Shown here piece by piece: positions 13,628 to 26,387 of a stretch of 64,000 nt of DNA. Every line of letters begins with the position of its first letter. Within the stretch, counting starts at the first letter, position 1. The translations under genes and the position numbers were made by a program. Origin of the DNA: Phaeosaccion multiseriatum (Eukaryota; Protista; Ochrophyta, other classes); NCBI GenBank assembly GCA_965112735.1, contig OZ218951.1, forward strand, positions 2,418,001-2,482,000, given 5' to 3'. The notes beneath the pieces are model-generated. The model had not been told where the DNA came from. It did no database searches and saw only the letters and a list, made by a program, of their open reading frames with translations.

Positions 13628-14553
13628 GGAGATGGGTGGCGGGGATGGGGGTGATGGGGGTGAAGGGAAGATAAGGCGACTGGGATAGAGAGTGGGAGGA
13701 AAGGAGGAAGGAGAGAGGGAGGGAGAGGGAGGGAGCCAAAGACAAGACAAAAGGAAGAGGCGAAACAAAACGTTTACTGACAGTTTTTTGCTGTTTGGGT
13801 GGGGGTGGGGTGGGGGGGGGGTGGCACGGGGGAATGTACACGCGCCTCTTTGGGGTCTTCCGGACGCGGCTTGGGAGACCCAAGCAGCGCTGGGACGGAA
13901 GGAGCACAGGGGAGGGGGGGAGGGGTTGGATACTTCTACAAAGCAACCTTATATAAATGTTTTATAAACAACAAATGAACGCACACATATTCGCTACCCT
14001 TGGCCTGTTTCCTTTATTCTCCTCTCGATAAGCAAAACAAAAAACAAAAGGATGGGGCGCAAACACCTAGGCCGTGAAAAGGGAGTTTTCGTACCCCGGT
14101 GGGAAAACGACTTTTCGCGGGCTGGCAAGGGAGGGCGGGTGGTTCAGAAACTTGAGGGTGTGGCATAAGAGGACTGTGGTGTGGTGTGGGTGGAGTGGAA
14201 GTGAGGATAGGAGTCGCTGCCCTGAAAGCAGCTAACGCGGTGAATCTTCTCCCACCCACCCGACCCGGGGGACTGGTGGACTCAGTGGGGAGATATTGGA
14301 GGGGTACCCATTGGTATCTACCGCGGGGAGATAGAGAATCGGGTGGGTTGGAGTGTGCGGGGCACCGTCAGAGGGGCGGTGCCGGGTGCGCAAAGACTCG
14401 TCCTCCTCTCTACTTCCGACTGGCTGGTGGGGGACATGTAAGTGCATTCATTTCCTTTCCATTGGGGTCCTTGACGGATGGATGGATGGACGGATGTGGC
14501 AGCGCTTCGTTACACACTGAGTGAAAATGTTCCATCAAATGCTTTGGTCGGAA

Positions 14554-16438
14554 CTAACCCGACCCAATTTCGATGGCCAGGAAGCGGAGCACGCCGTCCA
14601 CAAACAGCTGTGCCGCTGCCGTCCCCTCATCACGTGTTGCTGCTGTGCTTCCCTCCCCCTCCTTCTCCTCCCGCCCCCGCTCCTTGCCGTCGGTCAGCAT
14701 CGCCCCCGTCGAGCTGAGGGCGTGATTGCCCCCCTCCAGTGGCGGCTCCAACACTACTCCTCCAGGCATGGCGTTGGCCAATCGAGTCGCCATTTCATGT
14801 TTGTCTACCCAGGCGGGCACGTACTCATCCGCCATGGAATACGCTACCAGAGTGGGTACCGTAAGATGCCCCAGCTTGCTTACAAGCTCCGCGTCCGTTA
14901 AATCGGAGGAGAAGAGGTCGTCCGCGCCATCCTTGGCGTGGAGCGAGAGATAGCGCGATGCGGTCAGGGGGAGGCGATGGCCTTGCCAAGCCGCTGGAGG
15001 CATCAAAACACCCCCCCCCCCTCCTCGTCCCCCTCCTTCTCCTTCTTCTTCTCCCCCTCCTCCTTCTCCTCCTCCACCTCCTCCTCCTCGTCCCCCTCCT
15101 CTGTCCTCTCCCTCCTCACCCGATACCAATCGCTTTGCTAATGTCACAAACTCCTTCACCTTTTCCTCCTCCATATCGTTTGCCTCGCGGTCACTCACAG
15201 GCGCCTGCCACGTTGAATGGAATCGTGCGTGTGTGGGAGTATTCAGTGTGGATGACAGGACAGGAGGAGAGGGAGACAAGGCGGGTTGACGAGGGAAGGA
15301 GGGAGGGAGGCAGGAAATGGCTGTAGCGTAACCGCTCAACACACTCAGGCGGTGCGGCACGCCTTTCTCTTTCTCCCTCCCTCCCTCCCTCCCTCTGCCC
15401 CTCTTTCCCTCTTTCCCTCCCTCCTCTCTCTCTGTACCTCCCTCCCTCCCTCCCTCCCTCCTCCCTCCCTCCCTCCCCCTCCCCTCTCCCTTCTCTGACC
15501 TGAAGAATGACCCCCTTCACCAGCGACGAAGGTTGCGGCTTCCACCCCATGTACGTGACGCTGTCCTGACACCCCGTAGAATGCCCCAGCAGCACCGCCG
15601 CCCTGCTCCCATGGCTCCTCTCCAGACAGGTAAGGAGGTCGTGAAGCTCTTGACTGTCTTCTTCTAGGCTAGACATACCGTAGCCGCCTGTGTGTGTGTA
15701 TGGGGGGGGTGGGGGTGTGTTGGGTGGGATTCACACACACACACATATGCGCCCGCATAGACGTGCGCACACACTCCCCCTCTCTACACTCGCGTGTGGT
15801 GCGTGCGTACTTTCTTCAAAATACCCAAGCCACCTAAGCGCTCTCTTCGGTATGCGCCTTTTCTTAGCACCTCTTTCGCACTCCTCATTTGCACTTGAGT
15901 ACTCATCGTACTCACCGTAGGAGCTCGAGAGCAGTGGCTGAACGAGTGTCCAGCCTGCCGCATCCAGACGCTCCGCTAAGGGCCCGAGGTAGGGGACACT
16001 GCCGGCACGGTGGGAGGTGGGGAGGGCGGAGTTGGGTGAATGGAGGATAGAGCAAGGTGAAGGGTGGTTGGAGTTAGGTGCATGGAGGGTGGAGGTGGTG
16101 AAGGGCTCAATGGCTCTACAGCAGACGAGAAGCAAAAGGCCAAAGCCTCCACAGGATGAGGGCTGCGGTATAATATAGGCCAGACACAAAAGCATGACCG
16201 CTCTTGAGAGCATCCTCTGTATTGTACGTAGATGGTCGTATCAACGCAATCACAGTCAGCAGGTCTCCTGTCCTCACCAAAGGAAGCCGTCCGAGAGGCC
16301 GCCGATGAAGACAACGTGGCGAGGGTGGGTGTTATCATCGCTGCTGCTTGCACGTCCGAACTTGAAGGCCACAAGCTTCTTAGCCTCGTTGTACAGAAAG
16401 AGCTTTCCCAAAAATCCCGTGCTCTCGGATCCCTGCAT
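14554..16438 (-). CDS. DUF1749 / UPF0613 (SidJ-like) alpha/beta hydrolase
   Basis: Exons 16438-16278, 15998-15916, 15687-15500 and 15204-14554. Family motifs: VVFIGGLSDG, LVQPLLSSSYGGYG, nucleophile elbow LLGHSTGCQD, ILQAPVSDRE, DDLFSSDL, DEYV, GGNH. Confidence 0.9.
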
Positions 16439-16727
16439 CGCTGGCCTTGCAATGAGCCCGTAGCCCTTACGAATGCATTGGGATCGGCAGCGCTTTCCTA
16501 AGGTGCTCGGCTGGACGCTCCACGTTCGTGCCACATTAGCATAGAAGCAGAGGAGCAGAAAGGGAGGGAGCGCAAAAAAGAGCAGATGGGACATACATCA
16601 CGCGCATGGACTGGCCATCCTGCACTTGCACTCGTCGCGATGCGATGCGTCGCAGATAAGCGTGTTGGTGGTCCATCGCCAGCCTGTAATTCTCTTCTTT
16701 CTTCTCGCACCAGTTTGCTTGCTTGGA

Positions 16728-16839
16728 ATGTTTAGGCAGGTGGGTAGGCTGGCCTGCGTCGCAAGCAGAAGGGGTACAGTACTAGCGAGGCAGGGGAGCG
16801 GCGGTAGGAGCCGCAGCTGCGGAGAGGTCGCGAATGCCC

Positions 16840-16876
<37 letters not shown>

Positions 16877-17625
16877 GATCTCACATCTACGACGCTCGCT
16901 TTCATCATCAGCAACTAAGAAACCTTCAGACGCTTCTCGGCCACCGCTGCCACCACCACCACCAGCACCCCCCAAGGGACTTCCCCACAACCCTTTTGGC
17001 GACGGAGGGAGTCCAGCCTGGGCAACCGTCGCCCTCAGTGGACTTGCCCTGGTCATGTGCTGGCAGTACGCCGTAGAGTGCATAGAGACCAGACGCCTCC
17101 GTGCGGAGCTGGACATTGCAGAGACGAAGCTTTACATCCTCAAAGCAGAGCTCCTCGGCGAGGAGTGGTCAGAGCGCGCGGCTGCTCGGCTGCTCGAAGG
17201 CTATGGGTTGCCTCGTGTGGCGGCAATCGCTGCTGCCGTGGTGGCAGCCGAAGGTCCGTGATATTTTCATTCAGTGACTTACAAATCAAGAGGAGGCACC
17301 CTATCCTTGAGTTTGTACTTATGCAGCTGGATCCTCCCCTCCCCTCCCCTCCCCTCCCCTCCCCCACTTCAATACAGCGCTACGGGAGGAGCTCCATGCC
17401 CTCGTGGAGCGGGTTAGGAAGCACGTGGAGGGAGAAACCGAGGAGGAGAGGAGGGAAAGACTGCTCCTGGAACAGCAACAGCCGAGGAGTGGAGGGAATG
17501 CCACGGAGGAGGGAGAAAGGGGCCTAGTGGATCTGGGCGAGGGGCTCGCCGCCGCAGCAGCAGCAGAAGGAGGAGGAGAAAGGAATGAGGAGGGGGGGAG
17601 AGCAGAGAAGAAGGGGGTGGACGAG

Positions 17626-17656
<31 letters not shown>

Positions 17657-17742
17657 GGGTTGGTGATACATCAGCAGCAGCAGTAGGGAAAGGAGGGGGA
17701 GGAGGAGAAAGAGCCTCACCATCACCAGGGGGGATCATGTGA
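16728..17742 (+). CDS. Hypothetical single-pass membrane protein, probable mitochondrial presequence
   Basis: R/S-rich N-terminus (MFRQVGRLACVASRRG...RRSLSS), then a TM segment (WATVALSGLALVMCWQYAV) and a coiled-coil. One intron (~17254-17377) joins in frame to ALREELHALVERVRKH. Confidence 0.6.
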
Positions 17743-18171
17743 CCCCACGCGACAAGGACAAAATCGGACTACCCGACAACACAAAATCGGACTGTCCGAC
17801 AAGACTGTGTATCACTGCATACGTCCTGCGTAATCACTTGAAAGCCCTTTTGAATGTTTAATGGAAGTTGCAGAACAAAGGAACAAATGGCACCAAAGCC
17901 CAAGCCACATTCTCCCCTTTGTTTTGTCTATTACCTCTGGGCACACACACTCTCTCTCACATACACACACACCAACACGCACGCAAACGCACGCACACAC
18001 AGACACACTCACACACACACAAACACATATGCACAACCACACAACCACACACACGCACACACACGCACATATGCACACACGCACACATGCATACACACAT
18101 ACATACAGCTCGCCTCCTGCTCCTCTCGTCTCCTGTCCCCTCCCTATATATATGTATGCGTGTGTCTCTAT

Positions 18172-21100
18172 CTACACGGAGAAGAAGGACAGGCCTGCCA
18201 CAAGACCAAGCGAACTGAGGAGTGCGAGGCGAGCAGTGGGGCTGGCGGAGAGCCGCATGCCGCTGTCATCATCGTTATCACTAGGTCCCTGTCGAGGAGA
18301 GAGAGCGAGAGACAGAGAAGAGAGAGAGAGGCAGAGAGACACCCAGACAGACAGGCGTGTATGGGCACATAGACAGAGAGAGAGAGACAACATGCGTTAA
18401 TGAGCAGCGTCGAAGCGGCAAGAAGCAGTAGAGAGATGGCCAGTTTGAGGTCGAGTTTCAGTTTGTTAGACGCTGCCCACCGGGGTGTGTGGTCGCTCCT
18501 GAGCGACAGGTGTGGAAACTGGATATAGAACCCGAGCAGCTCAGAGTAGCACACAAACTGAAACCGAAACTCACCGCGGTACATTCTCCGTCGTCCACAT
18601 CAAGTCCGCTGGGGTACTGCACCGAGTCCGCCGCAGTATAGCTCGACGTGAAACCGTCAACTGTGTTACTGCCGGAGCATGTGTTGAGGATGTTATCGCC
18701 ACTAAAGGAGGAGGAGGAGGCGGAGGAGGGGATGCAGCCGTTGAAGCAGGCAGGGGAGAAGGGGTAATACTCGGCGCTCGCGATGTCTGGATGGATGGCA
18801 GTGGATGGAGGAGGGGAGGGGGGGAGGGGGGGAGGGAGGAGAATGACGGTGGGCAGAGGAGGAGGAGGAGGAGGAGGAGGAGGAGGAGGAGGAGGGGAGA
18901 TGTGAGAAGATTAAAGGGGGGGGAAAAAGAATTCGAAGGGGGGCCTTGGAGCATCCTCTCGAACAACCAACAGGTTGGGAGAGCGACCGGCGGGAGCGGG
19001 CTTGGGAAGCTTGGGTAGCTTGGATACCATAGCCCCAATACTCACCAGATGGGGCTCTGCAGTCCGCGGCAGACTCGGCGTCGTGATACGTGCCCAGCAC
19101 TGCGGTGGGTGGGCGAGAGGAGCAGTTGGTTATACAGGTGTTGGTTTAGTAGGAGTCATGCGCAGTTGTCGTCCCTCCTTCCTTCACCTCTCCTCTCCCC
19201 GTCCATTGCCATCCTACTGTAATCCCTCCCATCCAGCTCCCCTCCTCCTCCTCCTCCTCCTCCTCCTCCTCCTCCTCCTCCTCCTCCTCCTCCTCCTCCT
19301 CCTCCTCCTCCTCCTCCTCCTCCTCCTCCTCCTCCTCCTCCTCCTCCTCCTCCTCCTCCTCCTCCTCCTCCTCCTCCTCCTCCTCCTCCTCCTCCTCCTC
19401 CTCCTCCTCCTCCTCCTCCTCCTCCTCCTCCTCCTCCTCCTCCTCCTCCTCCTCCTCCTCCTCCTCCTCCTCCTCCTCCTCCTCCTCCTCCTCCTCCTCC
19501 TCCTCCTCCTCCTCCTCCTCCTCCTCCTCCTCCGCCTCCTCCTCCTCCTCCTTGTCGTCCTCCGGCACTTACTGTAGTAGCGGTAGGTGAAGTTATCAAT
19601 GCTCGAGTCCTCGAAGGCGTAGCCCGTGCTGTGGTGAGGGGGGGAGGGAGGGAGGGAGGGAGGGAGGGAGGGAGGGAGGGAGGGAGGGAGGGAGGGAGGG
19701 AGGGAGGGAGGGAGGGAGGGGGGAGGAGGGAGGATAGAGGTCGGCACGTCGGGTCACCACGGAACTTCCCTCCAGCCCCTCTCCCTTTTAGTGAGCTCTT
19801 ACGCAGCCTTACGTAGGACGTACGTACCAGTCGTCTGTGCACACGTCGGTCCCGTAGGTACCGCCCGTCTCAGTGCAGGTCTGCATCATCACCCCAGAGG
19901 GGCCTCTGGGCCCGTACACCGGGAAGCTGCGGGTGGGTGGGTGGGTGGGTGGGTTGTTGGTTCAGAGGAGGGGCGGGGGGGAAGCAGGTACCGCTGCGCG
20001 TGAAGGCGAAGGCGAGAGCAAGAGGACGGGAGAGGCGTGAGTGGATGCCTGCGTGCCTGCTACCATCATGGCAGTAGACGTCTTCTCGCCTTGCCTTATC
20101 AAGACAGCATGACAGCATGACAGCACGACAGCACGACAGCATGTAAAGCGTGCTATGCTTAATGAGGGCACGGAGCGAGGGAACCAGGGCACTTTCATCA
20201 CTCCCTTTCAATGCCCCCCTTCCCCCCCCCCCCCATGAAGGCTTCAGGTCACTTCGTCTCTCTCTTACCCGTCTGTGGTATGGGTAGACAAGAGAGGAGA
20301 GAGGCGCGCAGCGAGAGCAAGGAAATGGAGTTAGGGAAAGAAACTTGAACATGTGGTGTCGCATACCTACATCATGCTTGGGTCAACAAACTGAAACTGA
20401 AACTGAAACTCGAGCTTGCTCAACCTCCACCCCCCCCCCCCCCTTCCCTGGTTCTCTTATCGTAATAGTGGTGCTCCTTACGTAAGGAAGAGCCCTTCCC
20501 CAAACCGTTACGCACCATGAGCCCAGCCAAGCTGCGGGCTGTGTGTTGTGTCCGTCTGTCCCAGCTGAGCCAGGGTGCAGCTTGGCGGAATATGGGCGTG
20601 GTAGGAGGGCTGTGGTCGCCCAAAGAGGACGGTGTTTCGCAAGCCATCAATCAAAGCAACAATCCATCAATCCGTTAATGAACGAATCAATCAAAGCAAT
20701 CCATCAATCCGTTAAAGAATGAATCAATCAAGCAAACGAGCACGGTGTAAGGAGTCAGTGAGTCGAGGGGTCAGGAAGAAGGAGGTGGGGGTAGTGGATG
20801 CGAGGATCGAGCGGGTGTGCAAGGGAGCGGCGAAAGGGCTGTCGAGCCGCAGCAGTTGGTGATACACCCGCACAGGGACCGAGAGGCGTGGTCGATCTCT
20901 CACTCTGCACAAGATGCGACGCTGCCATCTGTGAGCCCCCCCAGTGCTACCCCAGTGACTCACACTTGTGCTAGAGGAGGCGTGGCAACCACACCTGGGT
21001 GATGGTATGATTGATCAAGTCAGCCATGAGGAGTAGGCAGTGTCGGGGGCGGAGGATGAGGCCAGAAGAAGCAGAAGGAGGAGGAGAAAGGGCGAGTGAG

Positions 21101-22514
21101 GACGATGTGCCCCATCAACACCACACTGTGAAAGAGAGCCTCAAGGCTCTGGCCCTCTGTTGAAGCAGGAGCACAACAGAAAAAAAACTCACTCCACACT
21201 CACTCGTCGAAAGTGTTTCCCTCGTTGAAGGCTGCAGAGCTCGCATAGTCCGTCATGATGCCGTAGGAGGGACCTCCGTAGCCAGAAAAGAGCATGGCTC
21301 CGTTGTACAGTACTCCGATAGTTCCCCCTTGCTGGTGGTTGGCGAGAGCGCCAAGGCAGAGCGTAAGAGTGTGGAGCACAGAGCAAGAGTAGAGAGAAGA
21401 GAAGAGGAGAGCGAGAACAGGGGAGAGAAAAATGAGGTCCTTTTCGTCAACCGAATTAATTAGTCCACTTCTTTCGCCCCCTTCAATGCACTCCTACACT
21501 CACTCACGCAGCACTTGCGCACTCACGCACTCACGCACTCATGCCCTCACACACCTCGGCAAGTGATACTTGCAGAGCCTCAGTGGGATCGTACTCGGGA
21601 TTGGCGGGAACCGTGTACGTCCTGCTGCCAGCTACCGGCTGTGTTGGTGGGGGAGAGGGAGGGGAGGGGGTGAGGGGCGGGGGTGGGGGGGTTTGGGGGG
21701 TGGATTGGAGGGGAAGAGGAGAGATAACGTCCGAAGGCCAGAGGAGGAAAGCACGACATGAGTTGCTGGAGGTTAACATCAGGTTGGGACGGAAGCAGGG
21801 CAACATAGGAAGTATACCCAAGAAGAGCCCACCAAGGAAAGCGAAGGAATCTTCTGCACCCCCCCCCCCCTTGAACAGCCCGTCCCTGGCATAGTGGCAC
21901 GCACGTCCTCACCATATTTGGATTGATGTTGGTGTAGGCGTGGTTCGGGCAGTGATTGGTTGTGATCGTGCGAACGTTCCTGTGAGAGGGATGGAGACAG
22001 GGAGGGTGGCGCGAGAGGCAGAATGAAGATGAGCGGCACCGCGGACGGATTCTTAAGAGGGAGCAAGCTTAATCGGTAGTAGAGCGACAGCAGGAACGCA
22101 AAATGAGGGAAGAAAGCAGCGGTAGAGCCGTTGCAGAGGCAGCGTGAGGACGGCACCAATTCCCACGCACCCGGAGACGGTCTCCGTGTAGGAATAGCTG
22201 GTGGGGGGAGGCAGAGGAAAGGGGCATCAAGCAGCACCGCAGAGTCAGATGGGGGCTTAGAAGGAGGGAGAGTGGCGGGGCGTAAGGGTCACGACAACTT
22301 CATGTGGGATGAGGGCAAGAGACGAGGAGGGCTGGACTGAGCCTCGAAGTTGTGCAAGGAGAACGAATAAACCTTCCTGGACCGTTCATACCAGCCGCTC
22401 TAATGAGGTAGCACGCAGCCACTGCACTTACTCTGTGCCATCGGCGCTGCAGTCGGCGGAGCTCGAACTAACGCAAGCTGACAGGAGCACCACCACGCCG
22501 ACACATTTTTTCAT
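18172..22514 (-). CDS. Secreted, probably GPI-anchored YHYH-family protein (YHAH variant)
   Basis: About 12 exons. They give a signal peptide (MKKCVGVVVLLSACVSS), TITTNHCPNH..NPN, YTVPANP, IGVLYNGAML, NTFDECGCHASS, SYHAHIPP, HSPQLGWAHDGFPVYGP, TYRYY, YYPFSPACFNG, and a hydrophobic tail (LALLSSLGLVAGLSFFSV*). Confidence 0.85.
19241..19551. repeat. (CCT)n/(GAG)n trinucleotide tract of ~100 units, intronic
   Basis: Directly visible. It lies just after a GTAAG donor in the YHYH gene. Confidence 0.95.
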
Positions 22515-22797
22515 CCTATTCGAGGAACTTTCCTTTTTGGGGGGGCTGAGTGAGAGGGAGGGCGAGAGAAGTTGAGGTGGCGAGCTAGAGAGAGGAAAGG
22601 GAGGGCGATAGATGTAGAGGTACGAGGCAGACGAAAATAGAGGGAGGGAGGGAGAGGTTATGAGGATATTGTTGCCCAAATGCCGAAACCCGAAACGGAA
22701 GTCCGAAGGCGGAGCCATCTGTGAATATTGGAGGTAGAGTGGAGGTAGAAGAAGCAAGTCAACGAGCTGAGCTTGATGGGAAAAAATGTTATGAGAG

Positions 22798-23448
22798 ATG
22801 GCCCTTAAAAGCCTGCTGCAGCGGCGGTCTCGGGTCCAATGCTACTCCGTCTTCTTCCCCACGGCCGCTTCTTGCGATTTTACCAACTTGGCCCCCACAG
22901 CTCGCTTCCTGCAACCCCTTCACCCGGAAGGAGGCCTACGCCCACGGAAGCAGCAGCAGCGCAGTACTAGATGGATGGTGCACTCCTCCGCAAGGGAAGG
23001 ATTTCTCGACGCCGCCTTTTACGAGCAGGCCAGATCGAGCTTCAAGCCCGACGCCATGGCGCTTGTCTCTGGGCTCCTTCACGTACAGCAGCGGACCTTG
23101 CAGCAGCAGAGTGGTCAGTTCAACAATGGGAGAAGTGGACACAGTGACCACCACAGCAGTGCCGGCAACAGCGAGGAGAAAGGTTGCCCTGCAAATATCG
23201 TCGTCGATGTCGGTGAGTCAGCTCGGGGAATCGGAGCGTGGGTGTTTTGTGTGTGTGGGTGGATCTGGACACGAGGGAGCAGTCTAGTCACCCGTCTCAT
23301 TTCTCCCCGTCATCTCTGTCGCGCATATCCTCATGCTCAAGCGCCAACGTGCACCTTCCTTCTCCCCATCTCCAGGCTGTGGAACGGGAAAGTTCACAAG
23401 GTAGGGAACTTCGTTTTTTTATTGTTCTGTTGTTGCTGCTGTGGCTGC

Positions 23449-23482
<34 letters not shown>

Positions 23483-24362
23483 GCTGCATCACTAACCCCT
23501 TCTTGTGGGCTGCCGGTATGCCGCCGGCGGTTTGCTCAGAGCAGGCTGTTGGCGCCCTTGACGGCTGAGCTGGGGCTGCGGCTGGTGGGGGTGGAGCCTG
23601 TGGAGAGCATGAGGAGTACGTTCGAGCAAGTCATGCAGCAACAGGTGCAGGGGCAGCAACACGGGCAAGGGAAGCAGCAGCAGGAGCAGCGCCAAGGGGA
23701 GATGCAGCAGGAGGGGCAGTACGAGGAGGGGAAGGGTGGCCACAGATGGCAGCAGGGCGGGCACCCCGACGTGGCCGTCCTGGAGGGTGAGTGCATGTGC
23801 TTGTAGTGTCGTCGTAAGTCGTCCTGGAGAGTGCCTGCCGCGCATGGAGTATGCACACTATAGTAAGCAGGCAAGGAGAGCGTTCATGAGCGCTTTGCCG
23901 CAGGGAGCGTATGGGGGCACAAGGCGAGCTTTGGGGCGGACCGGTTGTAACGTATGGTAGAATGGAAAAGTGATTCGCTGGTTGGTCGGTTTCAGTGCCT
24001 TTTTGCCTCTTCATTCTAACGACGCTCCCCCCCCCCCCCCAACGCCGCCTTTCCCCGATCCTTCACGACACTCCCGCTCCCCAGGTGCAGCGGATCGGTG
24101 CGTGAGAGGGAACAGGAGGGTTATGCCGACAGAGGAGGATAAGCGCTCAGCCCACGCGGTGTTCCAAAGCTTTGCCTCTTTCGCTGCATGTGATTTACTT
24201 TCTTTGCTTCGTCCGCTGCTTTGCTTTCTCCCCCATTGTGCTCTCTGTGCCTTGTCTCGTCCCCCTCTACCCCTCCCTCCTCGCTCACTTGTCTCTATGT
24301 TCGAGTGCTGTCGCTATGCCGATGGGTGGATGGGTGCTGATGCGCACCGTTGATGCATGGCT

Positions 24363-24400
<38 letters not shown>

Positions 24401-25151
24401 CGTGTCCTCCCACCCCGACTGGACGATCAGTCTCCCCTTCCCCGACGCTTCCTGCCGAGCGATTTTCTGTGCGCAGGCCTTCCACTGGTTCGCCACCGAG
24501 AACGTTCTCCGAGAATTTTCCCGAGTGCTGATTCCCGATGGGGGCCTCTTGGTGCTTCTGTGGAACACTCGGGACCGAGACGTGCCCTGGCAGCGGCGGC
24601 TTGACGATGACATTCTCGGCCCTCTCTACGCCGCCAGTGGCACCCCGAGACAGCAGAGCTACCAGTGGAAGCGCTGTTTGGACCAAGGCAGCCACGGGGA
24701 GAGCTGCGGCGGCAGCAGCCATGGTGGTGGCGGTGCCCGCGTTTCTTTTCTCCCTCTGAAGGTGGATAAACTGTACACCAATGTTGAGAGGTGCTCGGAG
24801 CAGCAGGTGAGCTAGTGGGGCAGTGAGGCAGTGAGAGGCAGCAAGGCAGTCAGAGCGTGAGATAGTGAAATGCAGTCAGGCTGTGAGACAGTGACGCAGC
24901 GGGGATGGCCTTCAGCAGCGGCGTCCCAGGCTCGAGGAGCTTCCTTTATTGACTGACTGCTTGCGTTGACAATGCCCTTTGTGGTTCCTCCCTTGCCCCA
25001 TATGCCTGTATGATGCAGGTGGTGGATGCTGTGCAGTCCATCAGTGTGGTGTCGGCCTTGCCCCAAGCGGAGAGGGCGCAAGTCTTGGACAGGTGAGGCA
25101 GGCTGCGGCTGTTGGGAACGGGGGGCTACTTGACTCCCCTTGAGTCCCCTC

Positions 25152-25182
<31 letters not shown>

Positions 25183-25568
25183 TCTCTCTCTCTCTCACAC
25201 ACACGCATTGAGTCTCCTCCTCTCTCTCTCGCTCTCGTTGAGTCCCCTCCTCTCTGTCACGGGCGGTGAAGGGCACTACTACTTCGTTGCACCATTGTGT
25301 TAACAGTGTGCAGCCTGCTCTCTCGACCCTTTGCGCCCTCCCGTGCTCATCACAATATTCAACATTCCGCTCTCGCTCTTTCCTCTTTCTTCTTCTACCG
25401 CCTTTAATACGGACAACCGCAAGCGTACGGCATCTGTTGAGGACCCATCCGGACTTGCAGCCCTTGAAGTCGGCCACGCCAGTCACACCAGCCACAACCG
25501 CTGCCCCGGTCTTGGAGATGCGCTACCTCACGGAGATATACAGCACCCACACACACGTACAGAGATAG
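22798..25568 (+). CDS. Class I SAM-dependent methyltransferase (Methyltransf_11-like)
   Basis: Spliced product: YEQARSSF, IVVDVGCGTGKFTR (motif I), VGVEPVESMR, LEGAADRLPFPDAS, IFCAQAFHWF, FSRVLIPDGGLLVLLWN. Seven exons. Confidence 0.88.
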
Positions 25569-26205
25569 AGAGATGTTCACCCTCTGTCATTGACAGACGA
25601 CCTTGTAAGTAAGGTAGTGGGGTTGGCCCGTAGAGAAAGAAGAAACGAAACCGCCTTGTTCTACTTGTTGGAGCGAGTATATTGTATATGTTGATGCACA
25701 AACAGGACCGGAAACCCTCTAGGTACATCCCCCCCCCCCCATCATAAACTTGTAATTATCAAAGAGTGTCAATAATCAAAAGTTATGTACGATGTAAGTT
25801 CCCAGCTTTGGAGCAAGCTCGCCACACCCGCCCCCTCCCTTCACGGAGGGCCATAACGGACCCCACCACGAGAGGGACGGCAGCGTCCTTCGTCCTCCTG
25901 CGATGCCAGAGTGCCAGTGCCTGAGTGCCAGTGTGAGTGCCAGTGCCTGAGTGCTTGGCGTCTAGTTGCACCACACGTGTACCCAAGGCCGGGCGGAGTG
26001 CATGCCGATAAGTATCTTGTTTCCATGAAGCATCATGTCTTTCATGACAGCCTTTCCTTCGCCTTCGCCTTCGCCTCTTTCTGGGGAGAGACATGTCCCC
26101 CAACCCCCTCTTGCCCATCCTCCCTCCCTTCCTCCCCTCCGTCTCTCCAGCAGCGACAAAGGAGGAGAGGGCTTCAATAAACGATAGTCACGTGCAGGAA
26201 TCTCC

Positions 26206-26356
26206 TCATCCCTCCATCATGTCGAAGACTGAGAAGCGTATCTCTTCGTCCGGGAGGCGCTTGTACACTGCCCAATGCTTAGACCCGCCCATCCTCGCCA
26301 CTTTCTTGCCCTCCTCGGTCTCGGAAACCATCGCCACCACGGCAGGATCCTTCTCC

Positions 26357-26387
<31 letters not shown>

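Noticed and set aside
7297-13768. Many overlapping alternate-frame and antisense ORFs (polyS, polyA, polyL, polyC)
   Set aside because: They are shadows of the CAG/GGA-rich coding exon, which lacks stops in other frames.
17757-17802. Short direct repeat ACAAAATCGGACT..CCGACAA (x2) after a stop codon
   Set aside because: Only two copies, consistent with a local tandem duplication in a 3' UTR, with no further support for function.
18975-19842. PolyL, polyE, polyG and polyR ORFs
   Set aside because: They are translations of an intronic (CCT)n tract in the YHYH gene.
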